Shown piece by piece: positions 31,988 to 40,324 of a DNA stretch of 64,000 bases (the stretch's first letter is position 1; the number at the start of each line of letters is the position of its first letter). The stretch covers positions 1,376,001 through 1,440,000 of the forward strand of contig OZ245056.1 in NCBI GenBank assembly GCA_965224705.1, given 5' to 3'. Source of the stretch: Spirochaetaceae bacterium (GTDB lineage Bacteria > Spirochaetota > Spirochaetia > DSM-2461). The translations under genes and the position numbers were made by a program. The notes beneath the pieces are model-generated. The model was not told the DNA's origin, ran no database searches, and was given only the letters and a program-made list of their open reading frames with translations.

Positions 31988-32446
31988 CTATGATGTAAAT
32001 TGAGATAGCTTATCTTTCTTGTTTCTTTCCACGACTTCAAACACCAGATCTCCTCCCAATTTATCTAAAGCATTAACAAATGTTTCTATTCGTCTTTGCT
32101 TATTTGGTTTTTCCATTTTTCTTATCATTGGTTGACTAACACCTAATTTATCAGCTAATTCTTTCTGTGTTAATCCATCTTTGAGTCTCAGCAGTTTTAT
32201 GGCAAGAGAAAGAGCAAGTGACGGTTTCAGATGTATTTCGAATTCATTTTTCTCTTTGTTGGATGGCAAAGGGATGGTTCTTTCTTTTTCAAGGTAGTAG
32301 GCAACAGTTGTATTGAGTGCCTCAGTTGCCATACTCAATGCTTCATTAAGCGATTCTCCAGAAGTTATAATTTCAGTAAAATCCTTGAATGATACAATGC
32401 ACTCATTTTCTTTTTCGACTATTGCGCATGGATAAGCTAATTTCAT
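31988..32446 (-). CDS. hicB: HicB-family antitoxin with C-terminal XRE HTH
   Basis: YPC..VSFKDF..ITSGESLNEALSMATEAL..IPLPS; LTQKELADKLGVSQ. Confidence 0.85.
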   Translation of the reverse strand: MKLAYPCAIVEKENECIVSFKDFTEIITSGESLNEALSMATEALNTTVAYYLEKERTIPLPSNKEKNEFEIHLKPSLALSLAIKLLRLKDGLTQKELADKLGVSQPMIRKMEKPNKQRRIETFVNALDKLGGDLVFEVVERNKKDKLSQFTS

Positions 32447-32627
32447 AATAGTTTTACCCCTGTTTGTTTCTCTATGGCTTTAACAACAGGTCTTTTTACA
32501 TCCCTGGATCCATGAAATCCAATAACAGTAACCTTTCCATCTTTTTCAAATATGTAATGAGATCCGTTTATGCGTTTCAATTTCCAGCTATTTTTTTAAG
32601 GATGTTTATAATTTCTCTTCCCCTCAT
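32443..32627 (-). pseudogene. hicA: HicA-family toxin, frameshifted in an A7 run
   Basis: With one extra A it reads MRGREIINILKKNSWKLKRINGSHYIFEKDGKVTVIGFHGSRDVKRPVVKAIEKQTGVKLL; TGA overlaps the hicB ATG. Confidence 0.8.
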
Positions 32628-32774
32628 ACATGAATATAGTCCATAGGTTATTTTATTTCAAGTTTCCGATATACGTTTATGGGGGACTCTTTGGCTATCG
32701 TTGCGGCAAGCTGTTAATTCCTATTTCAAAAGCACCATCTCCCACTGATTTGATTATGAAAAGTCCCTTCTTTA

Positions 32775-32955
32775 GTGCGCTTGAAGACTATAAGTGCTGC
32801 GGCACTGGATAGGATTTTTGCCAAGGAACTTAAAAGGCTCAAAGATCAAGGGGGAGGCGGCATTGATAGATCGGATACCATACGAATCTTTGGATATTGG
32901 GAAGGTGTTCAGCCGGGCCATTTTCAGATTGACTGCGTTGAACATGAGGGAGGTC
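32775..32955 (+). pseudogene. Integrase-type transposase fragment
   Basis: ISAAALDRIFAKE..W..QPGHFQIDCVEHEGG resembles the SAATIDR..PGFxEID.V.H.GG motif of DDE transposases. Confidence 0.5.
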
Positions 32956-33193
32956 ATTATCTACTCAAAAAAGAATCAAACTCATTCGCCTACAGCATTA
33001 TACACCAATTACATGATTACTGAAACGTCTTTAATTCCATACCCCCAACAGTGGAATCGTATCATTTTGCCCTAAAATCCTCTCAAAAATGGAAAAACTG
33101 CGATGCAGTGCCGATTTTAGGAGATTCCACATCCAAAGAAATCTCTAATCCCCTTACTATTCCTCCCCCCATCATCCATGCTATTTTAGACCC

Positions 33194-34666
33194 ATGCCCC
33201 TTGATTACTTTGACCTGGCACATCTGCGTAAAACCCACCCCTCATGGCGTCTTATGATGGCGGACAACGGACCCCTTGTTATCAGCTTTTTTGATCGGGT
33301 CTTCCGGGAGGACAACACCCGTTACCTAAGTGAAGATGAACTGACTATGCAGCTGGAGGACTATCTTTTCGCCCTGCGGGAACACTTTGAAGACAACCCC
33401 TTTCCCCGGAGTGCCAGAGAATATCTTGACGAATGGACGGCATCCGACCGACAGTGGCTGCGCAAGTTCTACCCCCAGGGCAGCGACATCCCCCACTACG
33501 ATCTGACACCGGGCACCGAGAGGGTGCTGCAGTGGACTGACGGCCTCTTCGGTACAGGCTTCGTGGGTACCGAAAGCCGCCTGAATACCAGCATAGAACT
33601 GCTCAGGCAGATTGTTCACGGAGTGGAAGAAGATAAAGATAGGCGAATTAAGGAACTGGAAGCCCAGAGACAGCAGATAAACCGGCAGATTAAAGATATC
33701 AAAGAAGGGCATATAGAGATTCTCGGCGACCGCCAGGTACGGGAGCGTTTCCTTCAGTTCCAACGGACAGCCCGGGAACTTCTTAGCGATTTCAGGGCGG
33801 TGGAACACCATTTCCGTGAGTTGGATCTCCGTGTCAGGGAGCAGATTGCCGCCTGGGACGGTGAGAAGGGCGAACTGCTGGAGAATTTCTTCGGCAGCCA
33901 TGATCAAATCAGTGAATCCGACGAAGGACAGAGCTTCAAGGCCTTCTGGGATTTCCTTATGTCGCCTTCCAGTCAGGAGGAGATGAGCGCTCTTCTCGAC
34001 CGGATTCACGAACTGGAATCTCTGGCGGATCTGCTGGCGGACCGCCGCCTCCGCCGCATTCATTTCGACTGGATGGCCGCCGGTGAGCAGACCCAGCGCA
34101 CCGTGGCCCGCCTCTCCAAACAACTAAGAACTTATCTTGATAATCGGGCTTTCTGGGAAAATCGCCGTATTACCGAGATTCTCGATAATATTGAAAAGAA
34201 AGCCGTCAATTTGCGGGAAGAGCCCCCTGAAGAGGACGATTTTATGGAACTGGAAGGCTGCAAACCAGTCTTAAATCTCCCCATGACCCAGGCCCTCTTT
34301 AAGCCTCCCGAAAAGATTGAGCTTGTCTCACTCATCGAACCGGGTGATGAAAAGAATGTGGATACTTCCAGGCTTTACGACCTGGTTATGCTGGACAAGG
34401 CCCGCTTACGCAATAACATCAAAACAGAACTGGAAGACCGCAGTCAGATTCGCCTGCAGCAGATCATCGAAGCGCATCCCCTTAAGGAAGGACTGGCCGA
34501 ACTGGTAACCTACGTCCATCTGGCCGAAGAAGATCCCCTGGCCCTGATTCATGAGGATCAACAGGACGAAGTCCAGTGGAAGGCGGAAACAGGTCTGACG
34601 CGCCGGGCCCGGCTGCCCCGTATTGTGTTTAATCGGCGGTCTGACGAAGACAAGAAAACACTATAA
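33194..34666 (+). CDS. jetA: Wadjet JetA (DUF3375)
   Basis: HPSWRLM, WLRKFYP, FVGTESRLNT, SDEGQSFKAFWDFL, GLAELVTY. Confidence 0.9.
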   Translation: MPLDYFDLAHLRKTHPSWRLMMADNGPLVISFFDRVFREDNTRYLSEDELTMQLEDYLFALREHFEDNPFPRSAREYLDEWTASDRQWLRKFYPQGSDIPHYDLTPGTERVLQWTDGLFGTGFVGTESRLNTSIELLRQIVHGVEEDKDRRIKELEAQRQQINRQIKDIKEGHIEILGDRQVRERFLQFQRTARELLSDFRAVEHHFRELDLRVREQIAAWDGEKGELLENFFGSHDQISESDEGQSFKAFWDFLMSPSSQEEMSALLDRIHELESLADLLADRRLRRIHFDWMAAGEQTQRTVARLSKQLRTYLDNRAFWENRRITEILDNIEKKAVNLREEPPEEDDFMELEGCKPVLNLPMTQALFKPPEKIELVSLIEPGDEKNVDTSRLYDLVMLDKARLRNNIKTELEDRSQIRLQQIIEAHPLKEGLAELVTYVHLAEEDPLALIHEDQQDEVQWKAETGLTRRARLPRIVFNRRSDEDKKTL

Positions 34667-35250
34667 TGGAACAGCGGAAAGAGGAGCACCTGTCCCTTGT
34701 CCTAACGAGTCTCATGAAGGGCATAGTGTATCGGGAGGACAAACCCGAATTGTGGAACCAGCTTCTGAACCTACAGGGACCTGTCCGGGACTATCTAAAA
34801 GTGATGGGACTGGATGTCAGTATCTACGAAACCGATGGATTCGCCTATCTGGAAACCCTGGAAACCGGGGAAGGAGAATCCCCCGTGCCCCGGCTTATTA
34901 TCCGCCGGCAGCTCTCCTATCCCGTTAGCCTTATGCTGGCCCTTCTCAGGCGTAAGCTGACCGAGCACGATGCCTATTCGGGAGAAGTCCGGCTTATTCT
35001 GGATAAAGACGAGGTCACGGACATGCTTACGGCCTTCTTCTCTGTGGGAAGCAATGAGGTCAAATACCTCAAACGCATCGACAGCTATCTGCAGAAAATA
35101 CATGATCTGGGCTTCATCCGTTTGTTTGGAGATAAGAAGGATAAAATAGAAGTGAAACGCATTCTTAAGGCCTTTGTGGATGCCCAGTGGCTGAGTGACC
35201 TGGATGCCCGCCTTGAGGAGTATCGGAACCATGGAGAAAACCATGAGTGA
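34666..35250 (+). CDS. jetB: Wadjet JetB (DUF4194)
   Basis: LMKGIVY, PRLIIRRQLSYPVSL, EVKRILKAFVDAQWL. Confidence 0.9.
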   Translation: MEQRKEEHLSLVLTSLMKGIVYREDKPELWNQLLNLQGPVRDYLKVMGLDVSIYETDGFAYLETLETGEGESPVPRLIIRRQLSYPVSLMLALLRRKLTEHDAYSGEVRLILDKDEVTDMLTAFFSVGSNEVKYLKRIDSYLQKIHDLGFIRLFGDKKDKIEVKRILKAFVDAQWLSDLDARLEEYRNHGENHE

Positions 35251-38200
35251 CGGCTTTCTTGAGTTTTCCGCGGACGACACCACCGCCGGTTTCCGCCTGA
35301 TACGGATGGAACTCTATAACTGGGGTACCTTCAACAACCGAATCTGGTCGCTGCCCCTTAAAGGGCGGAACGGCCTGCTCACCGGCGATATTGGCTCGGG
35401 AAAATCCACGGTGGTCGATGCCGTGACGACCCTTCTGGTCCCCGCCCATCGTGTGGCCTACAACAAGGCCGCCGGAGCGGATTACAGGGAGCGTTCCCTC
35501 CGGTCCTATGTGCTGGGTTATTACAAATCCGAGCGCAGTGACGGGGGCTTCTCGGCCAAACCCGTAGCATTGCGAAAGGAAGGAACCTTTCATTCGGTGA
35601 TTCTGGGAGTCTTTCACAATGAGGGCTATAATCAGACGGTAACTCTGGCGCAGGTGTTTCGCCAGAAGGACCATACAGGGCAGCCCGACCGGTTTTATGT
35701 GGTCGGCGACACCCCCATGTCAATAAGGGAACACTTCTCCGATTTCGGAAACGACATAAACGCTCTCCGCAGGCGGCTGCGCGGCCTGGAATATACGGAG
35801 CTTCATGACTCCTTTCCCCCCTATGGGGCGGCCTTCAGACGGCGCTTCGGCATCAAAAATGAACAGGCGCTGGAACTCTTTCATCAGACAGTCTCGCTCA
35901 AGGCTGTCGGTAATCTGACATCCTTCGTGCGGGAGCACATGCTTGAAGCCTTCGATGCCGGGACGGGCATTGAAAACCTTATTCAGCACTTTGAAGATCT
36001 GAACACGGCCCATGATGCCATTCTCAGAGCAAAGGCCCAGATAGCCGCCTTGACACCGCTGGTGGAGTCCCTGGACCGCCATCAGGAAACCCAACTGGAG
36101 CTGGAAACCCTGACCGCCGCCCGCAATGGCCTGCAGGCCTATTTTGCCAATTTGAAGAAGAGGTTTCTTGAAGAGCGTATCGGTCAGGAAGAACTCAAGG
36201 CGGAAAAACTGGCACTCCGCCGGGAAGCCTGCAAAGAACGCCTCTCGGAATTGAAATCCGATCGGGACGAGATTAAGCAGGCCATCGCTGTCAACGGGGG
36301 AGACCGTCTGGAAACCCTTAAAAGTGAGGCACGGCGTGTTAGTGCCGAGAAAGATAAGCGCATCGGCAAGGCGGGGGATTATAATAATCTGGCCCGCAGT
36401 CTGGAGCTTCCCGAATTGAAAGATTCCGGGGTATTTACCGATAACCGCAGCCGTCTGGAAGAACTGTTGTCCGACACGGACGCCAGGAAGGGTGAGCACT
36501 CAAACAGACACTCTGACGTGGAGTATGCATTCCGGGGCCTTCAAGACGAGCATGCCGAACTGGCGGCGGAAATTGCATCATTGAAGCGGCGCAAAAGCAA
36601 TATTGCCTCCCGGCAGATCGATATTCGTACTCGCCTATGCCAGGATCTGGATATTGAAGAGGAAAGGCTGCCCTTTGCCGGGGAACTCATGGCGGTTCGG
36701 GAGGATGAAACGGCATGGGAGGGCGCCGCCGAAAGGGTTCTTCGCAATTTCGGCCTTTCCCTTCTGGTTCCCGAAGATCTCTATGCGCAAGTGCTGCAGT
36801 GGGTGGATGAGACAGGCCTTAAGGGACGTCTTGTGTACTATCGTGTCGGTTCATTCAAAGCGGTGCCCCATCAGCCTCATGGGGCACAGTCCCTTATCAA
36901 CAAGATATCGCTGAAAAAGGACAGCTCCCACCATGACTGGCTTAAGGATCAATTGATTCGGCGTTTCGACTTTAGCTGCTGCAAGACCCTGGAAGAATTT
37001 CGCCGCAGCGGAAAGGGGCTGACCAGGGCCGGTCAGATTAAGGGCTCGTCTCTGCGTCACGAGAAAGACGACCGCCACGACATTGACGATCGCAGCCGCT
37101 ACGTTCTGGGCTGGACCAATCAAGTTAAGATTAGCGCTCTTGAAAAACGCCGGGACAAGCTGGAACACAGCATCGCCGATCGGGGGACTGAACTGGCCGG
37201 TCTTCAAAAGAAAATGACGGCCCTGGAAGAGAGGGGCGATCGTATAAAGGAACTCCGGTATTTCACGGTCTTTGATGATTTGGACTGGAAACCCCTGGCC
37301 CTGCGCCTCGATGAGCTTAGTGCCGAAATCAACACTCTTGAAAACCGTTCGGATCTTTTGAAATCTCTCCAGGAACGTCTGCGCAGTGTCGAGACCGATA
37401 TTGCCGAGACTGAGAACTCTTTGGACGAGATTAAACGGGGTATTGCGACGATTGAAGCGAAAATTGAAGGACACCGGGAGGCAGCCCTCCGGGAAGAGGA
37501 AATTCTGGCTTCTGTCGAAACAGCCCCGGAAGATGTGTCCGCCCTAATCGACCCATTTCTTAAAAAACATCTGCCGGATCGCAAGCTTTATCTTGAAACC
37601 TGTCCCAAGGCCGAGAGTGATCTGCGGTCGGAATTGCAGACCTTCATTGATAGCGGGCGGAAAAGACTAGACCGGCTACTCCAGTCCATCATCAGTACCA
37701 TGGAGACTTTTCGCCGGGATTATCCCTCTGAAACCCGGGATATGGATGCCGCCATTGAAGCTGGCGGTGAATACCGGAATTTTCTTGGGCGTTTAACGCG
37801 CGATAATTTGCCCCGGTTTGAGGCCCAGTTCAAGACTTTGCTCAATGAAAACACCATCAGAGAGATTGCCGGATTTCAGGCCCAGTTGAATACGGAAGTG
37901 CAGAAAATAAAGGAAAAAATCGACCGCATTAACAAGTCCTTGTCTGAGATTGAATACAACAAGGACCGCTACATCTATCTCGAAGCCATCAATACCAACG
38001 ACCCGGAAATACGTGATTTCCGTCAGGAACTGAAGGCCTGTATTGAAGGCGCGTTCACGGGCGGCGGTGATGAGCAGTACACGGAGGCCAAATTTCTGCA
38101 GGTTAAGGAAATTGTTGATCGTTTCAAAGGCCGGGAAGGACGCTCCGACAGCGACAGCCGCTGGACGAATAAGGTAACGGATGTGCGGAACTGGTTCGTC

Positions 38201-38611
38201 TTTGCCGCCTCCGAACGCTGGTTTGAAGACGGCAGTGAGTACGAGCACTACACCGATTCCGGCGGTAAGTCGGGAGGGCAGAAAGAAAAACTGGCTTACA
38301 CGGTGCTGGCGGCCAGCCTGGCCTATCAGTTTGGTCTGGAATGGGGCGAGGTTCGCTCCCGCAGCTTTCGTTTTGTTATGATAGACGAGGCCTTCGGACG
38401 CGGTTCCGACGAATCGGCACAGTACGGCCTTGAGCTCTTCAGGAAGTTGAATCTCCAGCTTCTCATCATCACGCCTTTGCAGAAGATCCATATTATAGAG
38501 CCCTATGTCTCCACGGTGGGTTTTGTCAGTAATGAAGAGGGACAAAACTCCCTGCTGCGCTGTTTGACCATAGAAGAGTACCGGGATGAAAAGGCAGCGA
38601 AAAAATCATGA
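35243..38611 (+). CDS. jetC: Wadjet JetC, SMC-like ATPase
   Basis: NWGTF, GDIGSGKST, long coiled coils, KSGGQKEKL, MIDEAF; ATG 35243 overlaps jetB stop. Confidence 0.92.
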   Translation: MSDGFLEFSADDTTAGFRLIRMELYNWGTFNNRIWSLPLKGRNGLLTGDIGSGKSTVVDAVTTLLVPAHRVAYNKAAGADYRERSLRSYVLGYYKSERSDGGFSAKPVALRKEGTFHSVILGVFHNEGYNQTVTLAQVFRQKDHTGQPDRFYVVGDTPMSIREHFSDFGNDINALRRRLRGLEYTELHDSFPPYGAAFRRRFGIKNEQALELFHQTVSLKAVGNLTSFVREHMLEAFDAGTGIENLIQHFEDLNTAHDAILRAKAQIAALTPLVESLDRHQETQLELETLTAARNGLQAYFANLKKRFLEERIGQEELKAEKLALRREACKERLSELKSDRDEIKQAIAVNGGDRLETLKSEARRVSAEKDKRIGKAGDYNNLARSLELPELKDSGVFTDNRSRLEELLSDTDARKGEHSNRHSDVEYAFRGLQDEHAELAAEIASLKRRKSNIASRQIDIRTRLCQDLDIEEERLPFAGELMAVREDETAWEGAAERVLRNFGLSLLVPEDLYAQVLQWVDETGLKGRLVYYRVGSFKAVPHQPHGAQSLINKISLKKDSSHHDWLKDQLIRRFDFSCCKTLEEFRRSGKGLTRAGQIKGSSLRHEKDDRHDIDDRSRYVLGWTNQVKISALEKRRDKLEHSIADRGTELAGLQKKMTALEERGDRIKELRYFTVFDDLDWKPLALRLDELSAEINTLENRSDLLKSLQERLRSVETDIAETENSLDEIKRGIATIEAKIEGHREAALREEEILASVETAPEDVSALIDPFLKKHLPDRKLYLETCPKAESDLRSELQTFIDSGRKRLDRLLQSIISTMETFRRDYPSETRDMDAAIEAGGEYRNFLGRLTRDNLPRFEAQFKTLLNENTIREIAGFQAQLNTEVQKIKEKIDRINKSLSEIEYNKDRYIYLEAINTNDPEIRDFRQELKACIEGAFTGGGDEQYTEAKFLQVKEIVDRFKGREGRSDSDSRWTNKVTDVRNWFVFAASERWFEDGSEYEHYTDSGGKSGGQKEKLAYTVLAASLAYQFGLEWGEVRSRSFRFVMIDEAFGRGSDESAQYGLELFRKLNLQLLIITPLQKIHIIEPYVSTVGFVSNEEGQNSLLRCLTIEEYRDEKAAKKS

Positions 38612-39807
38612 AAACACCGGAGGACGTTCGGGAACTTCTGCTGAAGAAATGGAAGACCGGCCGTTATTTTTTTGAAGAGAACTACCCCCTGTCTGTGACT
38701 CTGGGCCTTCCTTCCGCGGCCTCTATGACAGACAGATTCAACGAGCTGCGCCGCTGGGCTTCTGACTGGCAGAAAAAAGAGAGTTCCGCCTGTCCCCTGG
38801 AGTGGAAGGAGATAAATCACAGACTGCTGGGTAAAAACCGCCTGCCCGGAGCCCTTGTTTTCCATGTCCCCGAGACTCTGGCCCGGTATATCGGGCGTTT
38901 GGGAGAGCTTAAAACCTATGTGAAGCTTCGTGAGATTCTTCATAAGGCGGATTCCAGACTGGCCGCCGAATGGGCCGATACTCATCCCTTTGATCTGATT
39001 GCCTGTGCTGATGATCTGCCCCGTTTAATAATTCTCTGGCAATGGATGCTCTCTCACCCCCGTCCGGGTCTCTATCTCCGGCAGATCAATCTTCCCGGTA
39101 TTGATACGAAATTCACGGCACAATACAGAAGAGTTCTGGCTGAGTGGCTGGATTTGACCCTGCCGCCGGATCATATCGATGAAACCTTCAGCGGCGTGAA
39201 GCATTTTGAGGAACGCTACGGCTTCAGAAAGAAACCCGAACTCATCCGTTTCCGTATCCTCGATCCCGCCCTGGCGAAGCCATGGAAGGAATGCAGGGAC
39301 ATCAGCATTCCTTCTGAAGAATTCTGCCAGTTGTACAGCCATGTTTCCGGCAGCCCCCGCGAATCGGCCTGCCCATTTGAGAAGGTCTTCGTCGTGGAGA
39401 ATGACATTACAGCCCTTTCTTTTCCCGAGCTGGAAAAAGGTCTGATTATTTTTGGTCGGGGCTATAACTTTAGCTCATGGAGTGAAGCCGCCTGGCTGAA
39501 GGTGCTGGATCTGTATTACTGGGGAGACATCGACACCCATGGTTTCAGAATCCTTGATGAATTCCGTTCCTTCTTTCCCTGTGCCCGCTCCATCCTTATG
39601 GATCGGCAGACCCTTCTTGACCATGAAGCTTCCTGGGGGGAAGAGAAAGCACCCCAGTCGGCGGAACTTACCCACCTTACGGAAGAAGAAGGAATGCTCT
39701 ACGACGATCTGCGCTTCAACCGCCTTCGTCCCAATCTTAGACTGGAGCAGGAATTTATCCGCATGGATTCGGTGTATGGCGTTTTGAATGGCCTGTCGCT
39801 TTTCTGA
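38608..39807 (+). CDS. jetD: Wadjet JetD, Toprim nuclease (DUF3322/DUF2220)
   Basis: YLRQINLPGIDTKF, VVEN, FGRGY, YYWGDIDTHGF, RLEQE. Confidence 0.92.
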   Translation: MKTPEDVRELLLKKWKTGRYFFEENYPLSVTLGLPSAASMTDRFNELRRWASDWQKKESSACPLEWKEINHRLLGKNRLPGALVFHVPETLARYIGRLGELKTYVKLREILHKADSRLAAEWADTHPFDLIACADDLPRLIILWQWMLSHPRPGLYLRQINLPGIDTKFTAQYRRVLAEWLDLTLPPDHIDETFSGVKHFEERYGFRKKPELIRFRILDPALAKPWKECRDISIPSEEFCQLYSHVSGSPRESACPFEKVFVVENDITALSFPELEKGLIIFGRGYNFSSWSEAAWLKVLDLYYWGDIDTHGFRILDEFRSFFPCARSILMDRQTLLDHEASWGEEKAPQSAELTHLTEEEGMLYDDLRFNRLRPNLRLEQEFIRMDSVYGVLNGLSLF

Positions 39808-39940
39808 GCCGGATCTGATCAAAGAATCACGCCCTAAAAATATGCTGTGCCATGAAGCCTGTGTTTTCAAAAAATTTCTTCTCCGGATTTTTGCGAATAG
39901 ATGAATCCGTAGAGCCGATTCTGCTATTCTTGAATTTCCA

Positions 39941-40228
39941 GGAGTCTGTCGGACTTTAAGGCTTCGAGGCGATTTTTGATGATTTTTTCCTGATGCAAGG
40001 CGGCAAAAACGGAGCGTAGCTGGGCTGCGTGAGCATTCTGGCAACGCAGCAGCAGGGGATGCGAGTCTATGGACTCGCATCCTGAGAGAGTGCCGAGCGA
40101 TAGCGAGGAAAAGCCGCCACGGATGGCGGCGAAAACGAACGAAGGCGGCTCGGAAGAAGCAAGCAGGAGGCTTGCTTCTGGAGAGAAGGGCAAAAATCGA
40201 GCCGTGAGGCGTAAGTCCGCCAGACTCC
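39941..40228 (-). mobile_element. MITE family 1, long form
   Basis: Reverse complement of 20622-20909. Confidence 0.85.
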
Positions 40229-40266
40229 TGGAAGGCATTCAGACCACTCCGAATTCCAGCCCCAAT

Positions 40267-40301
40267 AAAAAAGGCCGACGCTTCCTTAAAAAGCGCCGGC
40301 C
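40267..40301 (-). terminator. Rho-independent terminator
   Basis: Minus strand GGCCGGCGCTT..AAGCGTCGGCC-TTTTTT after the large lipoprotein gene. Confidence 0.7.
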
Positions 40302-40324
40302 TGGTGAAGGCTTAATCCTCGATA

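Larger units (their letters stand above)
31883..33026 (-). CRISPR. Degenerate, interrupted CRISPR-like array (3 repeats, type II-B-like)
   Basis: Repeats at 31883-31917, 31953-31988 and 32991-33026 (minus strand GTTTCAGTAATCATGTAATTGGYGTATRATGCTGTA); 35-bp spacer between the first two; ~1 kb insert between the second and third; no cas genes in window. Confidence 0.6.
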
